A stretch of DNA of 64,000 bases. Origin: Promethearchaeota archaeon (GTDB lineage: Archaea; Asgardarchaeota; Lokiarchaeia; Sigyniarchaeales; SOKP01). The notes under the pieces were generated by a model. It was given only the letters and a program-made list of their open reading frames with translations, ran no database searches and was not told where the DNA came from. Each line of letters starts with the position of its first letter. The first letter of the stretch is position 1. The translations under genes were made by a program, and so were the position numbers. The stretch is taken from assembly GCA_019058015.1 (NCBI GenBank), contig JAHLWH010000258.1, positions 34,256-98,255 on the forward strand. Reading direction: 5' to 3'. Positions 1 through 11,057 of the stretch are shown here, piece by piece.

Positions 1-427
1 TGTAATAGATAATATAAAATATTGCCTTCCCAGTATTTACATGATCCATATGATAATACCAGGTATATATCGGTTTTGGGGCAAAAATTATATCCGGTTT
101 TTCTTTTCTAATATAATTCGCAATTCTATTAATGAAATCTTTATTAAATTTTACAAAACCATCAATATAACCAAAAAAAAAAATATTTTTGGGAGATATT
201 CCGTGAATACTTTGAGCATTATATAATTCCCTTGTTCTGACTTTTGCTAGGAATTTGCCTTTAAACTTATCATATTTAGCACCTGGGAGCCCAAATTCTC
301 CTTTTGTTATTGAAGCAATTTTAATAATATGTTTTCTTTTGCTCTTTATGGCAAGATAATGCATTAATTGAGCACAATTAAACTCTAAATCATCGGGATG
401 AGCTTGAAAAAAGATGATCTTTACCAT
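1..427 (-). CDS. PIG-L/LmbE family deacetylase (runs off the window start; absent from the ORF track)
   Basis: Manual translation from ATG at 427: MVKIIFFQAHPDDLEFNC...SITKGEFG...RTRE...H.DH. The HPDD, TxGE, RxxE and HxDH motifs are typical of this family. Confidence 0.85.
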   Translation of the reverse strand, partial: MVKIIFFQAHPDDLEFNCAQLMHYLAIKSKRKHIIKIASITKGEFGLPGAKYDKFKGKFLAKVRTRELYNAQSIHGISPKNIFFFGYIDGFVKFNKDFINRIANYIRKEKPDIIFAPKPIYTWYYHMDHVNTGKAIFYIIYY

Positions 428-617
428 ATTTAATCTCTATAGAACAATCTTAAAAAGATTCTTATTTTGAAAGATTAAAAAATACAAAAAAAAATCTTGT
501 TTTATTATAATCTTGAGATTAATTGATGCAAAAAAATTTAATAAATTTTCTCTCTCTTAAAGTTATTAAAATTCAGGTTAATACAAATTTTACAACGATA
601 AAAATTGGTAGATTGAA

Positions 618-863
618 ATGAATTTTCATATTGAAATCTCAGTTATTCTTAAAAAAATTTGATTTAACGGAAAGAGACGCAAAAAATTATAACAGATATT
701 TGAATTTACCAAATATCAATTTGATAATGAAGAAAATTTAACAAAAATTATGAACTTGCTTAAAAAAGCTAAGCATCAATTTAATGAACGAATACAAGAG
801 ATATTCGAATCCAGTCTTTCCGATAATGAAATACTTTCAGAAACATTAGAAAAAAAAGGGTAA
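618..863 (+). pseudogene. Possible degraded small helical ORF
   Basis: ATG at 618 gives MNFHIEISVILKK, then frame breaks in A-runs and a stop, then an open stretch QIFEFTKYQFDNEENL...ETLEKKG*. Confidence 0.3.
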
Positions 864-987
864 TACGGCTATTATTATTATTTTGATTGTTTATTAAGTA
901 TATTAAGTAATAAAAATTAATAAATAAAGTTAATCACAATTCGTATTAGATAATATTGTAAAATTTCAGAATTTTAATAATAAATGA

Positions 988-2145
988 GTGATTATTGAAT
1001 TAAGGGCAAAAATGAATAATAAAAAAGATTTTAATGTGCTAAAAGAGTGTATTGATTTTATTCAGGAGTATAAAAGAGAGTTAATTGAAGGAGATACTCC
1101 ATATACCGAAGGGGATAAAGAAGTAAGTTTTAATATTACAGAAGAGAGAATTTTTCAGATTACTGGCTGTGATGATAACAGAAAGCTGGGATTCGTAGAT
1201 GGCGGTACCGCTTCGATATTGAGGGCTGCGGATTTTAATATAAGCCTAAATAGAATTGCAGGAGTTTTATTTGAAGTTAATAAACCAATGAATCTTAAAA
1301 AAACTCCAGAAATTATAGAATTCTACTCTGCAACTATTCTTGAACCTTTATCTAAAGGTAAAATAGCATATATTACGCGTTTATTTCCAAGAGAACCACA
1401 ATTTAAAGAATTTTTACCTGATGAGGAAATTATAATTCCATTAGATGAAGTAAAAATGTTGATGGGAATTCGATTTATGCCCAATATTGAAACCTTTGGT
1501 GCTGTTGCCATGAGATTTACAGAATGGTCTTATGCCTCAAAATTCATTGAAAATGAATTAGATAAAGGGGATATCTTCATACGAGATGGATCACTTCAAA
1601 CAGGATTTAAGGATGAAATTCTTTTAGTACGTGGTTTATATTCAATTGCAAAAGAAAAGGACGTTTATTTAACTGGCCTCTCAAAGAGCTGTAGATTAAT
1701 CACTAAAAATGGGGATTCTTTAATATCTATGATTGATTTAATAGCTAGTAACAAATATCCTGAACAAAAATGGTACTATCATCCAATATATAAAATAACA
1801 AAAGCAGATAATTTAGCTGATGTTTATTTCGTAAAACTTCACCAATACGCCCGTTCACCATTTAGGTTTGATATTTATTTAGAACAATCAGAAGGCTTAG
1901 ATAAGCAAGAAAAAGAAGTAATAATTGCAAATATAGCCCAGAATTCGAGTGATTTATCATTCCCTGGCTATCCATATGGATTAATAAAAGTAGATCAATT
2001 ATCCCGAGTCGGTGTAAGAGAAATTGAACCCCAAAAAATTCAATTACTATCTGAATTTGATTCAGATATTTATAAAAAATTTATATTACCACGCATTCGC
2101 TCTGTCGATGCGCATGATATATTAAATTCAATTAGAAAGAATTAA
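988..2145 (+). CDS. nurA: NurA 5'-3' nuclease
   Basis: GFVDGG, RDGSL, SKS and GYPYGL..VDQLSRV motifs; adjacent to herA, mre11 and rad50. The start may be the ATG at 1012. Confidence 0.9.
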   Translation: MIIELRAKMNNKKDFNVLKECIDFIQEYKRELIEGDTPYTEGDKEVSFNITEERIFQITGCDDNRKLGFVDGGTASILRAADFNISLNRIAGVLFEVNKPMNLKKTPEIIEFYSATILEPLSKGKIAYITRLFPREPQFKEFLPDEEIIIPLDEVKMLMGIRFMPNIETFGAVAMRFTEWSYASKFIENELDKGDIFIRDGSLQTGFKDEILLVRGLYSIAKEKDVYLTGLSKSCRLITKNGDSLISMIDLIASNKYPEQKWYYHPIYKITKADNLADVYFVKLHQYARSPFRFDIYLEQSEGLDKQEKEVIIANIAQNSSDLSFPGYPYGLIKVDQLSRVGVREIEPQKIQLLSEFDSDIYKKFILPRIRSVDAHDILNSIRKN

Positions 2146-2175
2146 AAATATAAAAAAAATTAATGGATAAAAATA

Positions 2176-3765
2176 ATGACGAAATTAGGAACTAAGATAG
2201 GAAGCTTCGTATCAGGTTCATTTGTCAAATTAAAATTAAGACAAAAATCTGATCAAGAATTTGAGCTCGGACAATTATTTATAGCTGGAAATAGTAAAGA
2301 AGATTATTCAATATTCCAGATTAAGGATTTGTATTATGGAAGCCAAATACCAGACAGTTCTTTAGAACTAATGGCGGGGTATGGCTTAGAACGCGAACAT
2401 TCAAATCTCATAATTTATGAACCGGAGTTAAGAAATTATGTACTTGCTCATGCGAGAGAGTTAATATCTGTAAGAAAAAATTTAGAATTGAAATACGAAC
2501 TATCAATCCCTAAGAAATTACCGAGATTCTTTTCTGATATATATGATTTAGATAAAACCCATCTCGAATTTTTTCAAGAAGAACAAATTGAAACTCCATT
2601 AAATCTTGGTAAAGTGCGTTCCGGCTCTAAAATCTTGGATGTGGATGTAAAAGTAGATGCGACCGAAGTATTAAAGCATCACATTTTAATACCAGCTGCA
2701 ACCGGAAGAGGTAAGTCAAACTTAGTAAAAGTAATGTTATATGATCTTATGGACAATAATAAATGTGGAAAACTAGTATTCGATCCTCATAATGAATACT
2801 ATGGAAGCATAACACAAAAAGGATTAAGAGAACATCCAAAAAGGGGTGAACTTTTAGAATATTATACTGTAAGGGATATAGCCGGTCATCTAGATTTAGG
2901 ATTCAATATGCGTCTTATCAATCCTAGTCATGTTATGCGTAGTATAAAACTTACTGACGCTCAAATACAAACAATCGTAGGTTTTAATAGAATACATAGA
3001 GTAAACTGGATTCATGCAATTTTTAGTGATGATACTAATCAATTTAGAAGACCACCAGCACTGGATAATCGTACTTTAGAAGTTGTTAGAAGAAAACTCG
3101 GATTATTATTACATATTTTTCTTGAAGATGACGGAAGTATTTCAGAAAATGGAATATATACTTTCAATGGTTATGAACAGATTACCCATGATATTACAAC
3201 TTCATTGTCAGATGGAAAGACAGTAATAATTGATACCTCTTTATTTGGGGCTGCTGAAGAAATTTTCATTGCTACGATTATCGTAGAAAATATTTTTAAT
3301 GAATATAAGCGTCTTAAATTTCGAGACCAATTACAAGAAAGACCAGTGATTTCCATCGTAATAGAGGAGGCTCCGCGTGTGATTGGAAAAAAAGTATTAG
3401 AATCTATGGATAACATATTTGGAAAAATAGCCCGTGAAGGACGGAAATTTCAAATAGGACTAATTGCAATTACTCAGTTGCCGAGCGTTATAGATCGTGA
3501 AATATTGGCAAATATGAATACAAAAATCATTTTAGGAAATGAAATGGGTCCTGAACGGAGAGCATTAATAGATAGTGCTGCTCAAGACTTATCAGATGAT
3601 TATCAAACAATTGGTAGTCTTGATAAGGGTGAAGCAATTGTTACTTCCACTTTTACCAAATTTGCAGTTCCAATAAACATTCCCTTATTTGAAGATTTTA
3701 TTAAACAATATCATAAAAAAAATCAATCAACACCAAAACCGAAAAGAAAATCACCTGGGTTTTAA
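2176..3765 (+). CDS. herA: HerA DNA translocase/helicase
   Basis: N-terminal HAS-barrel-like region, Walker [15 protein letters not shown], Walker B IVIEEA, AREGRKF, TQLPS. Confidence 0.93.
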   Translation: MTKLGTKIGSFVSGSFVKLKLRQKSDQEFELGQLFIAGNSKEDYSIFQIKDLYYGSQIPDSSLELMAGYGLEREHSNLIIYEPELRNYVLAHARELISVRKNLELKYELSIPKKLPRFFSDIYDLDKTHLEFFQEEQIETPLNLGKVRSGSKILDVDVKVDATEVLKHHILIPAATGRGKSNLVKVMLYDLMDNNKCGKLVFDPHNEYYGSITQKGLREHPKRGELLEYYTVRDIAGHLDLGFNMRLINPSHVMRSIKLTDAQIQTIVGFNRIHRVNWIHAIFSDDTNQFRRPPALDNRTLEVVRRKLGLLLHIFLEDDGSISENGIYTFNGYEQITHDITTSLSDGKTVIIDTSLFGAAEEIFIATIIVENIFNEYKRLKFRDQLQERPVISIVIEEAPRVIGKKVLESMDNIFGKIAREGRKFQIGLIAITQLPSVIDREILANMNTKIILGNEMGPERRALIDSAAQDLSDDYQTIGSLDKGEAIVTSTFTKFAVPINIPLFEDFIKQYHKKNQSTPKPKRKSPGF

Positions 3766-3768
3766 ACA

Positions 3769-5067
3769 ATGAAAATAAAATTTGCCCATATAGCCGACTG
3801 CCATTTAGGTGCTTGGAGAAATGAAAAATTAAATCAAATTGGATATGAAGCACTTGAAAAAGCTATTGACATAGCAGTTAAAGAAAAAACGGATTTTGTT
3901 ATTATTAGTGGAGATCTATTCGATGTTAGCAATCCAAAAGTAGATGTTATAGATTTGGCAGTAAGAGAACTAAGAAAGTTAAAGGATGAGAATATATCTG
4001 TTTATGGAATTATGGGATCCCATGATTTTTCTCCATCAGATAAATCTATGATTCGGCCTTTAATAACTGCCGGATTGTTTACAAATATTTCTCAAGGGGA
4101 AATAACTGAGAAAGATAAATTAAAATTATTATTTACTCAAGATCCAAAAACTAAAATAAAAATAACTGGTTTAAGGGCGAGAAAGAGATGTTTAGAAATT
4201 GAAGATTATCAGATTTTAGATTTGGAAATTTTGGAAAAAGAAGAAGGAGTTAAGATTTTTGTACTTCACACATTATTAAGTGAACTAAAACCTATTGAGT
4301 TTAAAGATATGAAATCTGCCCCTAAATCTTTACTACCTCAAGGATTTGATTACTATGCTGGTGGACATCTTCATAAAACCGTGCCAGAGAAATTAAGAGA
4401 TTCTGAAACTCATTTTAAAGTAGATGATAAAACTAAGATAATCTACCCTGGCGCTCTTACACCAATAAATTTTCGCGAACTTGAACAATATAAATTTGGG
4501 GGATTTTGTATAATATCAGGAGACATAGACATAGAATCTCAAAAATCAGATTTTGAGGTCAAATTTATTCCAATTAAAATAAAAGAAGTTATATCATTAT
4601 TTATAGATTGTAATAACAAATCGATTGCTCAAGTCCAAGAATTATTAAAAGACAAAATTGGTAATATCAATTTTAATGACAAAATAGTCACTATTAGAAT
4701 ATTTGGAACTTTAGCTTCTGGAAAAACTTATGAATTAAAAACTAATGAAATAATACAAAAGATAAAAGAAAAAGGGGCTTATGAAGTATTAATTAATAAA
4801 TCTGCCCTTGCTTCAAAAGAATATGTCTCTATTAGTGTTTCTGTTGGAAAAACAAATGAAGAAATTGAAAACATACTCATTCATGAACACACTCAAAAAG
4901 TAAAAATTAAAAAGATCAGTAAAAAAGATATGGAAAACAAGATTCACGAATTATTATCTGTTATAGGCAAAGAAAGAGAAGAGGGAACAAAAACAAAAGA
5001 GTATAATGAAGTACTAGTTAATAATTTTAAAAAAGTCTTTCAATTAGAAGAAGAGGGGGATCAATGA
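3769..5067 (+). CDS. mre11: Mre11 nuclease
   Basis: HIADCHLG, SGDLFD, GSHD, GGHLH and YPG phosphoesterase motifs; operon context. Confidence 0.93.
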   Translation: MKIKFAHIADCHLGAWRNEKLNQIGYEALEKAIDIAVKEKTDFVIISGDLFDVSNPKVDVIDLAVRELRKLKDENISVYGIMGSHDFSPSDKSMIRPLITAGLFTNISQGEITEKDKLKLLFTQDPKTKIKITGLRARKRCLEIEDYQILDLEILEKEEGVKIFVLHTLLSELKPIEFKDMKSAPKSLLPQGFDYYAGGHLHKTVPEKLRDSETHFKVDDKTKIIYPGALTPINFRELEQYKFGGFCIISGDIDIESQKSDFEVKFIPIKIKEVISLFIDCNNKSIAQVQELLKDKIGNINFNDKIVTIRIFGTLASGKTYELKTNEIIQKIKEKGAYEVLINKSALASKEYVSISVSVGKTNEEIENILIHEHTQKVKIKKISKKDMENKIHELLSVIGKEREEGTKTKEYNEVLVNNFKKVFQLEEEGDQ

Positions 5068-5068
5068 A

Positions 5069-7192
5069 ATGATTTTAGAGTCGGTGAAAATTAAAAATAT
5101 TAGAAGTATTAAAGATCTAGAAATCGAATTTCCGCCTACAACAATGCTCTTCTTTGGAGACATTGGGAGCGGTAAATCCTCAGTATTAAAAGCAATAGAA
5201 TTTGGATTATTTGGAACCTTAAATGCGGCAAATTTAAGTGGTGATTCATTATTAAGACGAGGAGAAAATACAGGTCTAGTTGAATTAACATTTTCAATTA
5301 ATGGAAAGAGATATACAATAAAACGTGGATTGAAAAAAATTAAAAGAAAAAAGAAAGGAGAAGGAATAAAAGATATTACTATTTCACAAGGAATGGGCTC
5401 AATTATTGAACATTTAGACAATAATATCATGGAAGAAACTTCATATGCCCCTACTGATTTAAGGAATAAAATTCTAAACATTTTAAATTATTCAATAACA
5501 CGTTATGAAAAAGCACATAAAATTCCTTTATTTCGATATACCGTATATACCCCGCAAGAAGAAGTGAAAGAAATATTACAAGCAAAACCAGATGAGCGAT
5601 TTGAAATATTAAAAGAAGTTTTTGGCATTGAAAAATACGAGATTTCTCTTAAGAATGTTGGAATCTTAAATGATTTTTTAAATAATAAAAAAAAGGAAAT
5701 CAAAATCCATCTTGATACAATTGGAGATCCAGAATCATTAATTCCTGAAATGGAAAAAATGATAAAAGAACAAAAAGTAAAAATTGAAAAAATAAAAGTG
5801 AGCAAAAAGGAGAAAGAAAAAGAGTTAGAAAAAGAAGAATTGAATGTTGATAAAATTCAATTAGAATTAATTGAATATTCGAAAAAATTAGTTGAAATTG
5901 ATAACTATCAAAAAATCGTAAATGAATCAATTCTTTTAAAAGATAAAAATGAAAAATCTTTAGAGACTTTATCAAAAGAAATTATAGATTTAGAGAAAAA
6001 AATAAAAAATCTACCTGAAATAAAATTTGAAGCAGATTTAACAGAAGAACAACTTGAAAAAAAAATTGAGAAAAATCGTAAGAATCAATCAGAGAGAAAA
6101 GAAGATAAAGCGGTATTGGATGAAAAATTGAAAAATATCGATATGCTCCTTAAAGAAGGAAAGTGTTCCTTATGTGGGCAAGAAATACATGAAAAAGAGA
6201 GGTTTAATTTTGAACTTAAAGACACAAAAGACAAAATTGCACATTTATCAAAAAAAATTCAAAAATTAACTTCTGAAATTTCTCGGCATGAAACAAATTT
6301 AAAAAATTTAAGGAACTATACCACTAATCAAACAAAAAGAAAGTCCTTAAATAAATTAACTGAAGAAAAGAAAAAACGAGAAATTGAATTAACAGATTTA
6401 ATTAATCAACTAAATGATAAAATAGAAAACAATCAAATTCAAATTTCAACGACTTTAAAAAATTATAAAATACAGAATTTTGAAGAGTTCAAAGAATTTG
6501 AAAATAAATTAAAATCTAAATTAGCTGATCAAAAGTATTTTGTAAAAACATTAAAAACTGCAAAATCAGAATTGGAGAAAGTACTATATGCTCAAAAAAC
6601 CAATTTAGAATTATTAGAGAGAAGACTAAGTGAGTTAAATGATGATCTAAATAGGAAAAAGGTTCTTAAGGAAAAACTTGAATATATAATAGATTTGAAA
6701 AATTGGATTGCTGAAGGGTTTCAATATCTTATAAGAGATATCGAGAGAGAAATTATTTCAGCCAGTGCTCGTCAATTTAATGAATATTTTAGAGAATGGT
6801 TCAGAACTTTAGTTGAAGAAGAGAATATAGAAGTCGAGATTAGATTGGATGACTTTGAACCTGTTATTACTGTCAACGGATATGATTCTCCATTTAGAGA
6901 TTTATCAGGAGGAGAAAAAAGTGCACTCTCTTTAGCATATAGACTTGCATTGAATAAAATCATAAATGAAAGGCATCAAGAAATAAAAACAAAGGACTTG
7001 ATAATTTTAGATGAACCAACCGATGGGTTCAGCCAAGAACAGATAAATAAAATGCAAGATATCTTCGAAAAACTCAATATCGCTCAAATGATAATAATTT
7101 CACATGAAAGAAATCTTGATTCTTTTGTAACAGACATTTTTACTTTCAAAAAAGAAAATCATATTACAAAAGTTAAGAAGGAAGTCTTCTAA
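5069..7192 (+). CDS. rad50: Rad50 ATPase
   Basis: Walker A GDIGSGKSS, coiled coils, central CSLCG zinc hook, LSGGE signature, LDEPT Walker B, ISH switch. Confidence 0.93.
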   Translation: MILESVKIKNIRSIKDLEIEFPPTTMLFFGDIGSGKSSVLKAIEFGLFGTLNAANLSGDSLLRRGENTGLVELTFSINGKRYTIKRGLKKIKRKKKGEGIKDITISQGMGSIIEHLDNNIMEETSYAPTDLRNKILNILNYSITRYEKAHKIPLFRYTVYTPQEEVKEILQAKPDERFEILKEVFGIEKYEISLKNVGILNDFLNNKKKEIKIHLDTIGDPESLIPEMEKMIKEQKVKIEKIKVSKKEKEKELEKEELNVDKIQLELIEYSKKLVEIDNYQKIVNESILLKDKNEKSLETLSKEIIDLEKKIKNLPEIKFEADLTEEQLEKKIEKNRKNQSERKEDKAVLDEKLKNIDMLLKEGKCSLCGQEIHEKERFNFELKDTKDKIAHLSKKIQKLTSEISRHETNLKNLRNYTTNQTKRKSLNKLTEEKKKREIELTDLINQLNDKIENNQIQISTTLKNYKIQNFEEFKEFENKLKSKLADQKYFVKTLKTAKSELEKVLYAQKTNLELLERRLSELNDDLNRKKVLKEKLEYIIDLKNWIAEGFQYLIRDIEREIISASARQFNEYFREWFRTLVEEENIEVEIRLDDFEPVITVNGYDSPFRDLSGGEKSALSLAYRLALNKIINERHQEIKTKDLIILDEPTDGFSQEQINKMQDIFEKLNIAQMIIISHERNLDSFVTDIFTFKKENHITKVKKEVF

Positions 7193-7211
7193 ATTAAAGA
7201 AGTGGACAAAA

Positions 7212-7601
7212 ATGGTAAGTAAATCAATGCTATATAAAAAATTATATAAGAATGTTGATGAATCACCTATTCCAGATATAAATGTTGAGCAAATTAGGCA
7301 AATTTTGAGTGAAATTCAAAGGCTTCCACCTTCTGGAACCTATGAACTTAGAAAATTTCCAGTTAATTTTAGAATTGAACAAGAAGGGACTCGAAAAGAT
7401 ATCGAATTTCGCTATAAACATATGATGCCCGAGATTGGAACTTCTAAAAATAGGGAACAAATTATTAGTGGGTGGAAAGATACTGGTCGAATTACTAGTG
7501 TTGATATTATCTCGTTTTTAACTAAAATAAAAAATAATAGTAGCGAACCCAGAATATATCAAATTGGTCATCGATATTCAGGAGAGGATGATAATTTTTA
7601 A
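7212..7601 (+). CDS. Hypothetical protein, probably co-transcribed with rad50
   Basis: 129-aa ORF starting 19 nt after the rad50 stop; no recognised motif. Confidence 0.6.
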   Translation: MVSKSMLYKKLYKNVDESPIPDINVEQIRQILSEIQRLPPSGTYELRKFPVNFRIEQEGTRKDIEFRYKHMMPEIGTSKNREQIISGWKDTGRITSVDIISFLTKIKNNSSEPRIYQIGHRYSGEDDNF

Positions 7602-7751
7602 ACCTAATTATTTAATCATTAAAAAATTACAGCCAGATTGAAACATATACCCTTATTGTTCTACAGAAATATTTAATGAAGAAATGATAAATAGTTTTTA
7701 ATAATTCTATATAAAAGATCATTGTAAAATAATACGAATCGATTTGAATTT

Positions 7752-10700
7752 TCATTTGAATTTAATCTCACAGAAATCTGCATCACAAAATCTTTCACCC
7801 AGTGCTTCACTTTTAACTGTACTCAGGTTGAGTGGTTTTAATTTCGATTTCATTTCATGATACTGTTCTTGTGTAATTTCTTCATAAGGAGCCTGTTCAT
7901 AACCGTGTTCATTCAAGGGAAGGAATGTAACTCCTTTCAACTTATCTTCGAATATTTCTAAAGCAACTTTAATATCTTTTGCTTCTTTTTCTTTAAAAGT
8001 AACTGTGATAGACACTTGATTATCAGCCCAATATTTCTGGTATGCAGCAGCATTTTCTAACTGTTCCCACATGGATACGTCTTTCTTTGCGCTTTCAAAA
8101 TATTCTTCATGAATAGGGAATTCTACAACGCTTGTGTTGGGAGAGTATTTATCTGTGTGAATTTCGTATCCGGCTTCTCTCAGAAAAGGAAGCAAATCTG
8201 AATTCTCATTAAAACGAATTCTGCGAATATAATATTCAGAATGCGGATAATGTATTCCTGGAGTCACTCCCGGAAGTAAACTTACAGTACCGCTGGGTTT
8301 TATTGAGGTCATCTTAATTGACTTAGGGGTAGTTAGCCAATCTGAATATTTTGAATCCAACTCCTTTAAGTATTTGTAACCTTTTTCACACCATTTAAAT
8401 ATTTCCCTACGCCCTTGTTTAATAAAGGCATTAATTATACCCGATTGGGAAGTGCCAATTCTTCTGTTTTTGCCCATAATTGCATTTGTTTGCTTCCAAT
8501 GTGTATTTAGTATAGTAACTGATTTTGCATAAAGATAAGCATATTTAAGTGTATCTTGAAACTCCTCGTAGGATTCATGATTTGAAGGAAATGTTTCAAC
8601 CAAGCAACATTGATATGTTAGGATATTTCCAAAGACTCCCATATGTCTTTTTGGCTCATTAAAACAATATACTGGTTCTTTAATATTGAGATACTCTATT
8701 TTTATTATTTTTTGCTTTCGCGCCCTATCTATCATTTTACCGTTTGGATGGGCATTATTTATACCATATCTAGAGCCAATTTTTTTAGGATTAATTTTTT
8801 TTATTCTAGTTGGGATTTCTTCGCATTCATAGGATGGGATTAAACATACCCAAATATCTTTCTTTCTTATCGTTTTTTTTCCAGAAATCTCAATTTTTTC
8901 ACCCTTTTTTTTCATTAATCGTATGGACATATGATTAATTCCTACTCTGCGGAGCAATATCTGCAAATCTTTAATATTTTTTTCACTTCCAAAAATTCTA
9001 TAATTTTCTGTATTTGGATTTTTTTGAACATTACCATCAGAATCAATCCAACCAGCTATGAATTCTAGTATTGATTTTTTACTCATCTCGAAAACCCAAT
9101 CCTCTAAGCCATCATTTTTTCGCAACATTTTACATTTTTCTAAATTAAGCACCTCTTTCATATTTACCCTCGCATAAGGTTTTTTATGTATTGGGGAGGT
9201 TTGTTCCTTATACCACTTACCAGCTATTTTAGCTTCTAATAATTCCTTTTTACTATCGTAAAGAATTAACATGGGCCGCTCATAGTATTTGCCTTTATCA
9301 ATGTATCCATCACCAATCATTAATCCATATTCATAAGCGTAAGGTTCAGTTGAGCATTTAATTTCTCCTAAATTCCATTCTGGCATTTTATCTCCAATCT
9401 TTAATTCTTCAGCCCTTTTCTTCGCGGGTTTTCGTTTCGTTTTTCCCAATGCATGAAATTCATGATATTTAGTGGTATCGAGATATGAACCATCAGAAAA
9501 ATGCACTCTCACCAATTCTGCGCTTGGTGAAGTCATTTGCACAGTGGTTGTACTCCATTCTTTACCATTCCATAATTTAACGACTTTATCTTTGAGATCC
9601 TTAATTTTATAACAACCATCTATAGTATGAATCCTGGTATCTCCGCGTACACATAGCTCATATGATTCAAGACTTTGCTCTCCACAAGGATTTACGCCAG
9701 CCACTTTTTTGTCTTTATAATCGGGTGGTTCAGCCATTCTTGAATAGGCTCTTGAATTTTCTAACCACAATACACCTGGCTCTCCATTTTTTGCAATTTG
9801 TTCAGCAACAAATGAATAGTCCATACCAAGTTTTGCAAATATTGAATTATTACTCGCCCAGCGGTGGGACGTTAATTTCTCCTTATCTTGCTTCATAGTT
9901 ATAAATTCTGTATCATTTATATCTCCAAGGGCTATTTCGGCGCTTCTTCTTACATTTCCAGCTACCACACATTTGCCAATAAAATTCATAATATCAACAA
10001 TATCTATAGAACGAAGTTTATCTCCAAGGCGTTGATCTAAAAGATCCTTAATGTTTTTAATCATTTTTTCAAGCGGTTCTGGTCCAGAGGCGATTCCTCC
10101 AAACCCCCTAATTAATTCTCCCGCCGGTCTTATTAAGGAATAATCCAATTTTGGTATGGTTTTTTCAAAAAAATATGCCTCTAAAGTATATTTTAGTGCT
10201 TCAACCCATCCTTCTCTGCTATCTGGAATGCGAAATAGAAAATCATCTTCTTTTGGTTTCTTAATGATTATTTTTCCAGCCCCTTTTGTGTCAAATCCAA
10301 CCCCAACCCCAAGCATTAATGCATCCATTGTCCATTCAAATGGGATCGTCCCTTTAATATCTATATCCTCAGTTGAGGCAAAACCGCAATTATTAAGGGC
10401 CATAGAGCCATGTCTATCAATAAATGGGGTTCCCATTATCCATAATCCACGACCTGGAGCAATAAATTTAAAATCCCACATTTTTTGATACATTATTTGA
10501 GCGGATTTTTGAGCTTTATCTTCGCTCCATGGTAAACCCAATTTTACACAATGTTCTTTTTGAATTGAGAAACATCCTTCAACAACTCTCTTTAGAGTTT
10601 CCCAAAATTCTTCCTTACGATTTTCTTTTTCGATATATCTTGCATAAGTTCTTTTATAAGTAATATAACCTAAGGGACCCCATTTCGGCTGAATTTCTTT

Positions 10701-11057
10701 AAATTTTTCAATAAAATCTTCATCTAAAGAGAATTTGGTCATACTAATGTTAATATAGCGAGCATAAATGTTTCTAAATTTTTCTAATCCTCTTGTAGTT
10801 AATTCAAGGCATACTATCTCTCTAATATACGTGGAAGAAACTCTTTTTAATCCTTGTCCAATTATTTTTCGGAGGACTTCCTGAGCAATTTCCTCACAAG
10901 TCTCAAATTCCAATCCAGTTTCTCTATTAATTGATCTTGCGATATATGTAATATCAAAATCTTTAAGTATACCTTTAGAATTGATTACATATTTAGGGTA
11001 TAAATCGATTAAACTGAAATCCTCATCATTTTCATTAAAATCTACCAATTTTTTCAT
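7752..11057 (-). CDS. nrdJ: Class II (B12-dependent) ribonucleoside-triphosphate reductase with N-terminal ATP cone and an intein
   Basis: YKRTYAR, PGRGLW, LNNCGF, GVGVGF, AGNVRRSAEI, NPCGEQ, KPSGTVSLL and C-terminal CDADFC redox pair; the first ~100 aa are ATP-cone-like. Confidence 0.95.
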   Translation of the reverse strand: MKKLVDFNENDEDFSLIDLYPKYVINSKGILKDFDITYIARSINRETGLEFETCEEIAQEVLRKIIGQGLKRVSSTYIREIVCLELTTRGLEKFRNIYARYINISMTKFSLDEDFIEKFKEIQPKWGPLGYITYKRTYARYIEKENRKEEFWETLKRVVEGCFSIQKEHCVKLGLPWSEDKAQKSAQIMYQKMWDFKFIAPGRGLWIMGTPFIDRHGSMALNNCGFASTEDIDIKGTIPFEWTMDALMLGVGVGFDTKGAGKIIIKKPKEDDFLFRIPDSREGWVEALKYTLEAYFFEKTIPKLDYSLIRPAGELIRGFGGIASGPEPLEKMIKNIKDLLDQRLGDKLRSIDIVDIMNFIGKCVVAGNVRRSAEIALGDINDTEFITMKQDKEKLTSHRWASNNSIFAKLGMDYSFVAEQIAKNGEPGVLWLENSRAYSRMAEPPDYKDKKVAGVNPCGEQSLESYELCVRGDTRIHTIDGCYKIKDLKDKVVKLWNGKEWSTTTVQMTSPSAELVRVHFSDGSYLDTTKYHEFHALGKTKRKPAKKRAEELKIGDKMPEWNLGEIKCSTEPYAYEYGLMIGDGYIDKGKYYERPMLILYDSKKELLEAKIAGKWYKEQTSPIHKKPYARVNMKEVLNLEKCKMLRKNDGLEDWVFEMSKKSILEFIAGWIDSDGNVQKNPNTENYRIFGSEKNIKDLQILLRRVGINHMSIRLMKKKGEKIEISGKKTIRKKDIWVCLIPSYECEEIPTRIKKINPKKIGSRYGINNAHPNGKMIDRARKQKIIKIEYLNIKEPVYCFNEPKRHMGVFGNILTYQCCLVETFPSNHESYEEFQDTLKYAYLYAKSVTILNTHWKQTNAIMGKNRRIGTSQSGIINAFIKQGRREIFKWCEKGYKYLKELDSKYSDWLTTPKSIKMTSIKPSGTVSLLPGVTPGIHYPHSEYYIRRIRFNENSDLLPFLREAGYEIHTDKYSPNTSVVEFPIHEEYFESAKKDVSMWEQLENAAAYQKYWADNQVSITVTFKEKEAKDIKVALEIFEDKLKGVTFLPLNEHGYEQAPYEEITQEQYHEMKSKLKPLNLSTVKSEALGERFCDADFCEIKFK
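8610..9653 (-). mobile_element. Intein (348 aa) with LAGLIDADG homing endonuclease
   Basis: ESYEL|CVRGDTRI...TTKYH (block B)...GLMIGDG...AGWIDSDG...VYCFNEPKRH..GNILTYQ|CCLVE. Removal restores NPCGEQSLESYELCCLVE. Confidence 0.93.

Noticed and set aside
2176-3765. HerA as part of an anti-phage system such as Sir2-HerA
   Set aside because: The context with nurA, mre11 and rad50 indicates housekeeping DSB repair.
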